DNA of 63,987 nucleotides, counting the filler, from Dirinaria sp. TL-2023a (taxonomy: Eukaryota): assembly GCA_051941275.1 (NCBI GenBank). It is 5 parts of 5 records of this genome, joined end to end, with 100 filler letters (N's around TTAATTAATTAA, not from the genome) between each part and the next. Parts side by side here need not be neighbours in the genome. Positions count along the whole stretch, not along the records: positions 38,946 to 51,784 come from JAVEBF010000733.1; 4 more parts are not named here. The stretch is one strand, 5' to 3'. The position numbers and the translations under genes are program-made. The notes beneath the pieces are model-generated. The model had not been told where the DNA came from. It made no database searches and worked only from the letters and a program-made list of their open reading frames with translations. The first letter of the stretch is position 1. Each line of letters begins with the position of its first letter. This document shows, piece by piece, positions 39,114 through 51,884 of this stretch.

Positions 39114-40771
39114 TTACATCATTGACATGAGGGAATTTTGCGCGTAAGCCTGTGAGGGTTGTGTGGTTAGAACCTAAGTAACATGTGGAAGACATGGTGT
39201 TCGACATACCATAGGTTTGATATCCGGATGGGGGACTGCGTCGAACTTGTGGTACTCGAGCTTATACGACGGCCCTATATTTATGTATGCACCTTTGTTC
39301 TCAGTCGTATCGCAATATTTAGGTGCCGAAAAGACTATTTTTTTCTCACTGATTAGCGCTAATGATGGTGATATTGAGTGCTGGAGACATTTACCGGTGA
39401 TACAACGACCATCATGTTCCACCTCGTAACCCTCCATCCGTACCTCATGGCTGCGAATCACTGCATCTAAGCCGTTGGCTTCGCAAAACTTCTTGGTCAC
39501 ATCCGGGCCAAATTGCAGACCCACGCCCCGTTTGCTGGGCCCTCTTCCTGGCGTAGGCTGTGGATCCGTCCAAAGCATCTCCATCATTAAACCCTGTTGG
39601 CCCGGCTGCCGCTGTTGATGCCGATTAAGTTTTCGAACGTCGTCGAGGGATGTCTTGTCGTCTGAAAAAAGCCCGCCGTGTAGTGTGAAATACTTCTTGC
39701 CAATGAGAGTAGCTAGTGGTAAAGCGGAGAAGGACTCAGAGAAGAGTTTGAACACTCTTTCACTATACTTGGCCTTGCATTCGCCCTCAAAACCGTACAC
39801 CCTATTCATGTCGTCGGTCTCGTGGTTGCCACGATTCAGAAAAAATGACTTTGGCCGTAGCCATTTATATGCGTACAGGAGTAGGGCGATCTCGGTAGAC
39901 CAGGAGCCTCTGTCGACAAAGTCGCCGTTGAAGAGGTAGTAATGTTCTTCCGTGGGATATCCGTTGAGCCTGAACAGTTCCAGCAGATCAAAATACTGTC
40001 CGTGCGTATCTCCGCAGACTGTCAGACGGTGTCCCTTTGGCACCTCCATCTCGACCATTGTAGGCTCGTCATAAACAATCTTCTTGACTGCTGCTATTAT
40101 TTGATAGACGTATTTGCGATGAATTTTCTTGCCATTCTTAAATCTTTCTATCATGTCGTTTATAAATTCTGGCGTCATTGTATCAGCCAACCTAACGCCA
40201 TCATATGCTTCATCGATCGCGATAGAGTCGATATTCAGGCCCTCGAATGCCGACGGTGGATCTCCAACTTCGATGGCTTTCAGGAACTCGATACGCTTAA
40301 CAATCTTTTCGCACTCCGCGAGCTTAAGCTTGGCGTCTTTATTGCTTGGATCCTTTCTGACGACACTTTTGAAGTCCTTAAGCGCTTCGCGGGAGTTTAG
40401 TATGGCTGTGTTCGCGATAGCTCTCCGGTAGAAGGCCTTGAGTTGTCAGATATATGCCGTGATATACCCTGAAGCATAAATTTATCCTACCTTAACGTAG
40501 CTGCTATCAAGCTCAATCGCTTTCGTGGCATCGGCAATGGCATATCCGTAGGCTTCTAGCTTGATATTTGCCTATGCTCAGACTGATTAGCCGAATCCAC
40601 GCAATTCTGAACACAACTACTGACTTGAGCTCGATTGCAGTAGAATGTTGGATCTTTGCTATTTATTTCAATTGCTTGGGTGTAGAAATCCACGGCGTTA
40701 AGCCATTCGTGAGCTGCGACTGCCTTGTTGCCCTTCTGTTTGAGGGCAAGCGCATCCTCTTCCGAAGGCAT
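39114..40771 (-). CDS. PPT1: Serine/threonine protein phosphatase 5 (TPR + PPP domain)
   Basis: N-terminal TPRs (LKQKGNKA..AVDFYTQAIE..YCNRAQ), GDTHGQ, GDFVDRG, RGNHE, FSAPKYC and C-terminal PMAYAQNSLMSMM. Four introns. Confidence 0.95.
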
Positions 40772-41041
40772 TGGGAGTATATAAGGTAGATACCTGCTTT
40801 GTTCAGAAGGATGGCGCTTTCAATCTACAACTCTGATGTCATGGTGACTGTGGAATTTTGAGCCCGAAGACCCTTGGGAGCCTCTGGACCCTTCTTTCGG
40901 GTTGCCGGCACCTAATGAACAGGCCTAGCCTGTTCAGGGAATATCTCTCCATGAACGCCTCTGGGGCTTGAGATTCTAGTTGCCGCTGATGGGCACCCAA
41001 TTGGGTGACATGACACCTAGGTGATCCATCATGTGGCATAC

Positions 41042-41917
41042 ATGGGGCCCAAACCAGATGAGCGGCACCTTCACGATGGAATTGCTCCTCCGAGATCGGA
41101 GCCCGCTCCGGCTTGCACCGCCCTGAACGAACGTATCGAGAGCAATGATCAACCGGCAGCTACAATACTGAATCCAGCCTCCCCACTCTCCCTTTCGTCT
41201 GCCTCCCACAATCTCCTCCTTCTATCTGACTCCGCCCTCCCTCTTGGCTCCTTCGCCTTTTCCTCCGGCCTGGAATCCTACCTCGCCCACCGTCCTTCCA
41301 GACCGATCCCTTCAATCTACCCATTTCTCTCGCTCACTCTTGCTTCGATCGCAAGTACCACATTGCCGTACCTCCTCGCTGCGCACAAAGACCCATCTTC
41401 GCTTTTATCGCTAGATGACACCCTCGATGCATGCACGCTCTGCCCGGTCGCTAGACGTGCGTCAATTGCACAGGGAAGAGCTTTGCTCACGCTGTGGGAA
41501 CGAGCTTTCCGTGGTACGGTATCCGCTGCTTCACCGGCGTCTTTGGCGCTGGCGAGTTTCGCCAAGGAATTCAAAGGCGTTGGGTCAGCGTCCTGGGAGC
41601 TGGATGGGCCGAAGGGCCACTTTCCGCCCGTCTGGGCCGTGTTGACGGCAGCCATGGGAATCTCCGCGAAGGAGTCTGCCTACGCATTCTTGTTCAACCA
41701 TGCCAAGGCGGTTCTGAGCGCCGCGGTCAGGGCGTCAGTCATTGGACCTTACCAGGCGCAAGGAATACTGGCGGCAAAGTGGCTGCGAGACGAAATTGCG
41801 AGGTGCATGGAGACCAATTGGGAGGTCAGGGTCGAGGATGCTGGGCAGGTGGTTCCGCTGATGGATCTCTGGATTGGTAGACACGAGATGTTGTATTCGA
41901 GGATTTTCAATTCGTGA
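41042..41917 (+). CDS. ureF: Urease accessory protein UreF
   Basis: LLLSDSALPLGSFAFSSGLES, RRASIAQGRAL, SAAVRASVIGPYQAQ and HEMLYSRIFNS. Intronless; start codon approximate. Confidence 0.92.
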   Translation: MGPKPDERHLHDGIAPPRSEPAPACTALNERIESNDQPAATILNPASPLSLSSASHNLLLLSDSALPLGSFAFSSGLESYLAHRPSRPIPSIYPFLSLTLASIASTTLPYLLAAHKDPSSLLSLDDTLDACTLCPVARRASIAQGRALLTLWERAFRGTVSAASPASLALASFAKEFKGVGSASWELDGPKGHFPPVWAVLTAAMGISAKESAYAFLFNHAKAVLSAAVRASVIGPYQAQGILAAKWLRDEIARCMETNWEVRVEDAGQVVPLMDLWIGRHEMLYSRIFNS

Positions 41918-42108
41918 AGTGCTATCGAAACAGGGCAAAAGCACAGAGGTCATTCCGGATATTTTTAGTGTATGTAATTTGGAAAATGTATCTTGATATT
42001 AGACAGCCGCCATGCACAGAACTCCAAACAGTGGCTCATAGTCAAGCAAGTTTAAACGCCAATGGTGAAGTATATCACTATGCCCAGGACTCATCCAGTA
42101 GTTATTCC

Positions 42109-43301
42109 TCACAGAATCTCCTTCAATTTGGATTTCTGTGCCGAGGTCAGGCTCGTGGGAAATTTGACCTTGACTTCTACCAGCATGTCTCCTCTTTCTG
42201 CGGGCTTCTTACTCTTCGGCATACCAAGACTCGGAAAAGGGATGACATGGCCAGGTTGAGTAGGGCCTCCGCCCGACACAGGAACTTGCTTACCATCAAT
42301 AGTGCCAATGGTTCGACTCCAGCCCGTTAATGCCTCCTTAAGATCTAGCTCGACGGTAGCGCGAAGGTTGTCATCTTCACGCTTGAACATTGAGTGTGGT
42401 TTCTGCAGCCTCATGTCAGCACGGGCACGATCTCGAACAGTAGATTTGGTGGCTACTTACCTCACTGATGATGAAGTGCATGTCTTGTGTTCCACCTTCT
42501 TCCTGATCGCCCACACCTTTGAATTTTATCTTCGTGCCAGCCTTCCATCCCGGCTTCACTTCCATATCCAGGGTCTTTTCCTCCACATTCCTCTTTCCGG
42601 TGCTTGGGTCGAATGTCTTCCGCTTTATTCTCATCTTCTTCCTCGCACCTTTGTATAGTTCTTCCAAAGTGACTGGCAGCGGACGTTCTACGATCGTAGG
42701 CTCGGGAGTAGGTTCTCGTCGTCGTCGGTGCCCATTGCTCTCTCTATAACCTCTCGAGCTTCGGCCCCCTCTTCCACCGCCAAATTGAGCAAAAACATCA
42801 TCGTCATCGCCCATGCCTGCGCCGCCTTGTTTGAAAAATGTCTCGAAAATACTCTCAGGGTTGCTGAAGTTGAAACCTCCTCCACCGCCGCTCGTAGAGA
42901 AGTGAAACGTCCGTCCACCGCCAGGCATGCCGCCCATTCCGAATCCGCCGGGCATTCCCTCAAACGGCATGCCACCTGGACCAGCACCTCCCTGTGGTGG
43001 TGCTTCTGCGCCGCCGCGAAGGAGGAATTCTAGGCCATACTGATCGTACACTTTACGCTTCTCGGGATCGGAAAGGATTTCATAGGCCTGTGATACTTCT
43101 TTGAACTTCTCACCCGCGTCAGGTTTATCTTTGTTTTTGTCGGGATGGTATTTGAGGGCGGCTTTTCTAAATTGAAGTCAGTACTCAATTCATCATTTTA
43201 AGATGCACAGATATGACGTACCTATAGGCTTTCTTGATTTCATCCTGCGTTGCCTCTGGTTTAATACTTAGGGCATCATAGAGCTTGGTTTCTGCAACCA
43301 T
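42109..43301 (-). CDS. SIS1: Class B J-domain co-chaperone Sis1/DNAJB
   Basis: [11 protein letters not shown]..., HPD motif, G/F-rich linker, and C-terminal domain [13 protein letters not shown]. No zinc finger. Two introns. Confidence 0.92.
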
Positions 43302-43991
43302 TCTGGAAGGCTGGCACACTGGTGCAATACCTTCACAGAGAGACGAAGGACTTCGTTGTATGTACTAGACGATACAGCGATAGTTCGGTTTTAGAGCGGA
43401 AAGAGGCGTGGAGAAGAACGAAGGGGTTAGTAAGGTAGGCTGTGAAGTCTTGAGCTTGGGTGCGTGAAAGAGGAAAGCGCAGGCTGAGTGATTCGTCAAT
43501 GCCTGCGTCGGACAATTTTGGTCGCACGATTAAAGTAGTTTATTATTTGGGTATCTAGTAGTGTGAGGTGCAACAGCAGCAATGCAATGGACGATGATCA
43601 GTGATCACAAATTGCAGTAATAATAATAATGGTGCCAGCGGGGCAGTGACGTGAAGCTCTATGAATGGCTCCGCCGATGTAGAAGGTTCTAGAACCTTCC
43701 ATACAGTTGAGCCTGATGAATTGCGTTTGGGCATGGAAATCCAACTGTAAGATACGTACATGGACACAGAATGAATACTCAGGAACCCAGGTGATTTTTC
43801 ATCACATTTACATCATAAGTGGAGTGCGTGGTTTTTTTGACTTACTGCCAGACTATTCAATTTTCAGAACATAATGGGGGCGAGAAGGGAATTGCGCCTC
43901 GGTACCAAAGCAGTTAAAGAAGGCTGGTTTATTTATTACCCAATTCGTGCAAAGCACGGTTGGCGGGAGCGCTCATGATTCTGTAAATGTC

Positions 43992-45560
43992 CTACTTTGC
44001 AACAATAGAAACGACATCCTCATCAGAAACCACATGACTGAGACCGCAACGCTGAGGGACATGGCGCGCACTGGCACCCCAAACCATGGCGTATTTGAAG
44101 GTTTCTTTCAGCGTCCGATGCACCTGATCACACACGTCCTCGATGTTGGAGTTGCTACGGACAATGAGTGCTTCATTAAAGTCTGGCTCTTCCCCTTTCC
44201 TGGACAGTGGTCAGCGCAAGTATGATCTCGTCCTCTCCAAGCAGTTTCAACAAACCGCTTCGTGTAGATTCTCATCAGCTGTAATTCCTGCCAGCATCGT
44301 TCGACAACATCTTGAATGCCTAGATCGAGTTCACAACTCATGACGACAGTGTTGGGCTCTCTGGCGAGTTTGTCGAGGAAGTCAAGAGACACGGAATCGA
44401 TCTTGTTGTACACATAGAGGCTTTGCAATGTTAATTTGAAGTGATTACGCATTCCGGTAGACGTACCACTTGATATATTTCCGATGATCCTTCATGATCA
44501 CATCGATAAAGTCGTCCACCGTTGCTGCTAATCATTAGTGACACCGAGATGGAAGTATCGGACATTGTGCCAACCATTTTCATCTCGCACAAGTACTTCG
44601 CAGTTGAGCATCTTGTAGTCTCGCAGTATGTTGTAAAGCATCTTTTCGTCGAGGTTCTTAGGAATCGCCTGGAAAGTAATTTTCATGCCACCTGCTTTCT
44701 TGGGCTTTAGGTAGATGTTCCTGTACAGGTAAGCATATCTTCACAAAAACAAGCGAATCGAGGGGAGCTACGGCGGGTCACGGTTAAGTCGTATGCCAAC
44801 AGCCTCCAATTCAGCCTCTATGAGAGCACGCTGCTCCGCCTTTTTAGTGGCATCGAGGACCATAAGTATCAGATCGCTGGTCTAGGAAGACTCAGTGACC
44901 AGGGGATCCCACAACCAATAACACAGACCTTAGCTGCAGAGATAACCTGCCTGCCTCTGCCCTTGCCTTCGGAGGCCCCTTCAATGATTCCCGGCAAGTC
45001 CAGTATCTGGATTTCTGCGCCTCCGTATTCCAGGACTCCAGGGATAGCGGTAAGCGTGGTGAAAGAGTAAGCAGCGACTTCGCTTTTCGTCTTTGTTATC
45101 TTGGACAGGAAAGTAGATTTGCCAACAGAAGGAAAGCCGACAAGAGCTATGCGCGCATCGCCACTCTTGCTCACATCGAAGCCCGTGCCGCCGCCGGAAC
45201 CAGCACCAGGAGCTGGTTCCAGCAACTGCGCTCTTAGCCGTGCAAGTTTACTGTGTAGAGCATGAGAAAAAAGTTCAAGATTGAAAGTTTTCAAGCGAAG
45301 ATACCCTTTCAGCAGACCCAGATGATACTCTTTTAAAGGTCAATGATCGAGGCGAAAAATAGTTTGTACTGTGGATTACCGGTAGCCTTGTTTTCTACAG
45401 GTACAGATCAACAAATAGTGTTTAAGGAGATATTGATCACCACCCACTCTGCGTCCTACGCATTTCCTCCTCGATCCTGAAGAGTCAGCATCTTCGTCAT
45501 GACTGTAGCGGGAGATGAGACCGGTCCATACTCCTTGATTTTATCTGTAATGTTAACCAT
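43992..45560 (-). CDS. RBG2: Developmentally regulated GTP-binding protein 2 (Rbg2/DRG2)
   Basis: Spliced N-terminus [40 protein letters not shown]1 [27 protein letters not shown] and a C-terminal TGS domain. Many introns. Confidence 0.92.
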
Positions 45561-48500
45561 CTTGAATGACTATGCTTCACTAATTTTAAACAGTCATGCA
45601 ATTTGTGACGAGTATTCTGATGGCTTGATGTTAGTAGGGGCTTACGCTTTCATGAATATTTTAGGATCGCGCATAGATATTGGGTGACAATGCGCTAGGC
45701 TGCTTTTGGAAAGGGGCACGACATCTATCGATGGAGAAGAACAAGCACACATTTTCCTCAGGGTTTGGAATGAGAAAACAGCGTGACATGCAAATCCTTC
45801 GAACGCTTCCAAAAACTTATACTATGCTCTACGGTGAAGAAGCGCTGCATTTACTCGTGCCATTAGATGCTCCTCGACAATTAGATCGTCGATACCCATG
45901 CTCGCCAAGGTACTGAGCCCATACACTTCCTTCATTGCCACCGGCTCATCTTCAATTTCGAGGCCAGCTGAATCGAGAGCGTGCAGTCTATTTTAACGCC
46001 TACTGTTTTCCATATCTTCCAAGAACGCGACGCTTCCGGTACATTATCCAATTTAAGCAGCATTTTCTGAGCCCGGTCCACACATTGAGGTCCAGAACAA
46101 TAAACCCGGGTAGATGTCACCGAACGTGAGCGCAGATGCTCCAGGGTTTGAAACAATAGTGAATTAGCCGATAAGTCAATGCCTCTATTGCCGCGTGCTG
46201 GTGGTGGGGTGAAGCAGTGGTAGCTCTCATTCCCGGATGAAGAAGCGTGATGAGATAGCATCGCTAGGCGGCCTTGAAGCTAATGCAGATGACCCTCTGA
46301 GCTTCACTGTTGGTGGTGAAGATCCTAATGAAGGTGGTTCTGGTATTCTAAGCAAGCATGGAGGGAAGGGTGTATTTTGAGATATTATGCTGATTCAAAT
46401 CAACAACCTTTTGATGTAACGTGCTGGAGTGGACAATGAGAACGACCTGCGCTCGAGGATTGGAGAGGTGAGAAAGTTCGCCATTTTATACCTTCTGCGC
46501 AAGAGGTAGCGATTTTCGAAGTGGAGAATCCTCAACAATCTTTTTCCAAAAATGAACAAACAGAGTGTGCGACATTTTGGAAACCGAAATCTTGAAAACA
46601 GCACAAGTTGCCGTAGTTTGGTGATTGAATCATACGGGTTGAGCTTTTCCTAAAATCGCCACAGGTACAAATTTTCAAGAGCAAATAATGCCAGGGGCAA
46701 AAGAAAAGGAGTGTGAGAAATACAGGTTTTAAAGGCCTGGCGTGGACTTATCTGTCCATATCGCTATGCTGCCGAGTTCTACCATAGGCAAAAGTGAATT
46801 TTGAAAACAAGTAGCAAGTAGACACTAAGTCCGTCGCTAGCCTTAACCGGTTCCCTCCAGCAACACTGCAAGATTCTCCGCAAGGTCGTCCAGATCAGAG
46901 AAGTTTTCATGCTTCATTGCTTTAAGGCGGTGCTCCTCCGCCAATGCGCTCAACAGAATAGCAGAATGAGACGACTTTCAGAGCCTAGAGGATCGCAGTC
47001 CAATCTAATGGAAACCCGAAGGAAACTGGAGGCGAGGAAAAATGGACAACCAGGATATGAAAGCCTTTAGAGCCCACGTTGATCACAGGCAGTGATTAGT
47101 ACCACGGTATCATCCCGAGTCGTATTGACAGCAGGAATCGAGCTGCGCCATGATGTATACTAGCTCCCAAGGGCTCAGAGAAAATAGTTCAGGTTTTTAC
47201 CACTTGCGCTTTGAGAGCAGAAGAAGTGCAGAGCCGGCAATGCCTCGGCTTGCGCCACAAAATGACCAAAGGTGTCTAGGAAACAGCCTTCGTTGCTGCT
47301 TATACCAGGACCATTCGTAAGATTACTGACTGGTCGATTCAGCAACTAGTAATAACACCATAGTGCGCCTGATGTTAGAATAAATGGCCATCATTGTGCT
47401 TATGCTGATATCCAGAGGTCAATGTGGCACAGCCTGGTTCCTGTGGCGACGGAGAAGTGCGGACAGAGCAGCCATGGCTAAATTATCCAAGCCACAGGAC
47501 TCGAAGTGCACAATATTCTAGTTGTAGAAGCATTGCTTGGCAGTTCCATATAAAAATCTCTAGAAGACAGGTTTGAGTTCTTCATGAGCGTAAGACCCCT
47601 TCTCGACTTTGAACGCAGATGGAAGGATGCTTTCAGATTCTCTTCGATCAGCAGCAGTGTTGGCAGAACTCCCCCGCGATAGAGCATTGCTGCTTTGGTA
47701 TCCAGCCCACAAGCCTTCAGCACAGAGATTGTTGGCATAATCTGTTGAATGAGGACTCAGTACCGAAGCTGTCGAAGTTTCTAATCTGACCGCATCGTTA
47801 CGATCTAGACTAAGGTAAAATGCGACATGTGGTTTATCTCCATAAAAGTTGTGCGAGTTCGCCGCCATGAACATAGTTGCGCTGGTGTACGATACCAAAT
47901 TGCGAATTCAATCGAGCCGCGTTGAGGATTGATTATCGGGCGGTAAAGGGCTAGCTGAACGTTCACTCTGTCGAATCTCGTTAACAGACGACGAAGTCGC
48001 CAGCAGGGTGACGCAAGAAAGAACACAGAGTGGCAAATACCACAATTGCAACGCGTTTGTGCCCACGACAAATACAGCTCAATAAGCTCTTATGGCAATA
48101 AAACCCATGTCAGCCGGCACGAAAACGTTTCCAATCCGTGCTCCACGAGGATGGCACTCATATCTGGTGCGGACTAGACTCTGGTTGTTGCAAATCCCTG
48201 GCTGGCCAAGGACATTGAAACGCTGAATGGCAACACATGTAACCGACAACGCCACTTTTCCAGATGGATGCTGCCACTGCTCACGCTGTAGGTAAGCCCC
48301 ATAAGAGCACTGCGGCAGGGTAGGTCTCCGTATGTTCAATGTGTTACATTCGGGAAATCCTTTTGCATGCTTGGTAGCAGACAGAAAGAGCTTCAATAGC
48401 ACCAACGAATGAATAAGGAGTGCGACACACTCGCCGTTTGATAGCCTACCGGAACTCGTATCTCGTGCATCGCTACCCACCGTGAGCTGCAAGTGCAAGC

Positions 48501-50163
48501 GTTGGATGATCCCATAGGAACGCGAAGGGAGGCTGAGCTTCAAGAAACAGGATAGCCGTTAAAGCACTTGACGGTGTAACTTAATCTAGCATTTGCCTTA
48601 TATCAATACCCAGTATCAACTGAAGGATAGCCACAATAGGAAATCTGATGATCATTTACGGGCTCAATGATTCATGAGGACCAACATAGTTTGGATACCA
48701 GAACGAACAGATGGCTATCGCTACTCACCGATTTACCAGCCATCGCCTGCCATCAGAACGGATGTTATAGATTAACGTAGCGGGTTCTGGACGCACGAAG
48801 TAGCTAGCCGATGACGCAGCATTATCCGCTCACGGACGGCGTAGCAACAACAGCTAGTCATTTTCCCGCACGGCAAAGGTAGAGCCTTGGTTGCTGGTCC
48901 AGAACCTGGCCGTCAAGTGGGTGAAGAGAGAGAAGAACCTCTGCACACAGCCGAATGCCTTCCCACGGAGGTGCTCCGTCGTCTTGAATAGCTAGCATTC
49001 TTACACCACTTCTGAGCACGCAGAGCAGTAGTCGCGGCAGCTCAACGCTCCGATTTTCAATACTTTAGCAGATGCTTGAAACAGGTCGTTCCGAACATGT
49101 TCGAGCAAGACTTTGCGGATTGGTTCCCATGATAATAGTCTTATCAGATTGTGTGTCTGCATGTACGATGTTCGATCAGCAGAGGCATCGGATCGGGGGC
49201 CCAATTAGATAGGTGTGATCCAACGGGGCGGAGAGAGCGCAATCTATAGCAACGGCAGCGATGCCAGAAAAGGCAGCAGTTGATAGAGGAGACGATCAGC
49301 AAGAGGCGCCAAGCCGCCAATGTGACCAACTCCGACACTAGAGTCTTGGCACCCGCTTGCATCCACCAATTGCTGCCACCCACTCCATGGTACAAACCGA
49401 GACTCCTCGTCCTATTCTGCTGTCAAGCCCCTTTTGCCTTCCATTACCCGTGAGGTCGCAGGTCGCCTGTCATCCGCTTCCAGCGCAGTGTCCCAACACC
49501 TGGCAACAAACAGCGGACCTTCGCATGCTCTGCCATCGATTCATCATTGTTTTGGTAAAACACGGTCTAGTAGTACGATAATTTCAGAGTTCGACCTACT
49601 CAAGCGCTCTCAGCGAGCACAAACACATGTGCAGCTCTCTATATAAACAGCTTTGGTGCAATATGCACCCCGCACAACGGACAACAGATATAGGGTGATG
49701 GATCGCCCAACAATCCTCATGCGTGGGAGCAAAAAGCAAGAGGACGTATGGGTTCTATTGGTTATTCACGGAGCCAACGAACCGCTTGAAAGTTGACGCT
49801 GCTGCCACTCGCGTACCTGGCAGATTCGGTCACTTGTCCCAAACAGGCTGTTGCATATTGAAGCCACTATCAGACCTCTCCTCAACCATGGCTCTTGCTC
49901 AATCGCTGCCTCTATGTACGTTTGGCTGCAGACACTCCGACCTCTTGTATGACAGGTCGATTGGTTTGCACTTTCTCTTCCTGTCATGATCCATTCAGAG
50001 CGTGACCCGTCGGGTCTCCCCCAGCACACTCTGCCGAGGTGGGGGGAGTTCATCTCAAGACCTTCACAAGCTTCCGTCTCTCCCTATAAAGGCTTGCTCT
50101 CTCGCCATTCGTTTCTCTCCTTGTGTTACCTCAGAAGTCTTCTCCTATCCTCAGTCATTCACT

Positions 50164-51779
50164 ATGCGTTTCTTTACTGGCTTAGTCCCAGGGTTCGCCC
50201 TCATCTGTCTTGCGCTTGCTTCTCCCCTGCCTGGATCAGGAAAAGACAAGAGATCCTTCGTCGAGCGTGATGGTACCAACTACACCGTGTTCGAGCATGC
50301 TGCTACGGGTGCCAAGTTGGAGTTCGTCACCAATTCAGGCATTTGCGAGACAACCAAAGGCGTCAACCAATATTCTGGATACCTCTCTGTCGGATCCAAT
50401 ATGAATATGTGGTTCTGGTTGTGCGTCGCGATATTCTGTTTCTGGCGACGATGCTGAGCTGACATTGCGCGAAGCTTTGAGTCTCGCAACAGCCCAACCA
50501 CTGCGCCCTTGGCGACCTGGTTCAACGGAGGCCCCGGTTGTTCCAGTATGATTGGCCTCTTCCAGGAGAATGGGCCCTGCCATTTCGTCAATGGCGCCTC
50601 GACACCCTCGCTCAACCCTTATAGCTTCAATGAGTACGCGAACATGCTCTACATCGTAAGTGATGTCTTCTAAATTTCGCTTATCACACTCGGAGCCCAT
50701 GTGGACCTTGAGACTTGTCTTGAGAAGATGTGTCCACGCAAACCTGCCCCAACCTCATTATCCCTTACTGATTCAGAGGCTATTAGGATCAACCGATCGG
50801 CGTTGGCTTCAGCTATGGCACGGACTCTGTCACGTCCACCGTGACCGCTGCTCCCTATGTCTGGAAGCTCTTGCAGGCATTTTATGCTCAATTCCCGCAA
50901 TACGAGAACCGTAACTTTGGCCTGTTCACCGAAAGCTATGGCGGTCACTATGGCCCTGAGTTTGCCGACTATTTTGAGCAGCAAAACGCCGCCATCTCCT
51001 CGGGCAAGATCGCAGGGCAAAACGTGAAGCTTGTCGCTCTAGGCATCAACAACGGCTGGTTTGACGCTACCATCCAAGAGAAAGCCTATGTCGACTTCAG
51101 CTACAACAACACCTACAAGCCACTCATCTCTGCATCTCAGCATGATAGCTACATCAACACCTACAACAGCAAATGTGCCCCTGCCTTGGCCAAATGCAAG
51201 AGCACTGGCTCCAACAGCGACTGCGAGAACAGCGATAACGCATGCTACAACGCGATCGAAGGCCCACTTTCCCAAACCGGCGATTTCGACGTCTATGACA
51301 TCCGCGCACCCTCCAACGATCCCAACCCACCAGAGACATACGCAACCTACCTCACCAACTCCGCCGTGGTCAAAGCCATCGGCGCGCAGTCAACTTACCA
51401 AGAATGCCCCAACGCGCCGTACCAGAAATTCGCGTCCACAGGAGACAACTCGCGCTCCTTCCTCTCCCAGCTCTCGGACGTTGTCAAATCGGGCGTGACG
51501 ACCGTCGTCTGGGCCGGCGACGCCGACTGGATCTGCAACTGGTTCGGAGGGCTGAATGCCGCCAACGCGGTCTCGTACAGCGGGCAGAGCACCTTCGCGA
51601 GCAAAGCCCTGGCCCCGTACAATGTCGCCGGTCAGCAGGGCGGCACGTACAAGACCGTGGACAATTTCTCGTTTTTGAGGGTCTTTGGCGCGGGACACGA
51701 GGTGCCCTTCTATACCCCTCAGTTGGCGCTGCAGGTCTTCAAGCAGACGATGCAGCAGCAGCCGTTGAGCTCGACGTAG
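50164..51779 (+). CDS. Secreted serine carboxypeptidase (peptidase S10, carboxypeptidase S1-like)
   Basis: Signal peptide, [27 protein letters not shown] (Ser), GDADWIC (Asp) and GAGHEVP (His). Introns 50421-50474 and ~50656-50787. Confidence 0.95.
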
Positions 51780-51784
51780 GTGGC

Positions 51785-51884
51785 NNNNNNNNNNNNNNNN
51801 NNNNNNNNNNNNNNNNNNNNNNNNNNNNTTAATTAATTAANNNNNNNNNNNNNNNNNNNNNNNNNNNNNNNNNNNNNNNNNNNN
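51785..51884. other. Artificial contig linker
   Basis: N44-TTAATTAATTAA-N44. Confidence 0.98.

Noticed and set aside
50656..50787. C/D box snoRNA or introner-like element in the carboxypeptidase intron
   Set aside because: The box C match is imperfect and overlaps the donor, the CTGA is the branch site, and the only stem is 6 bp.
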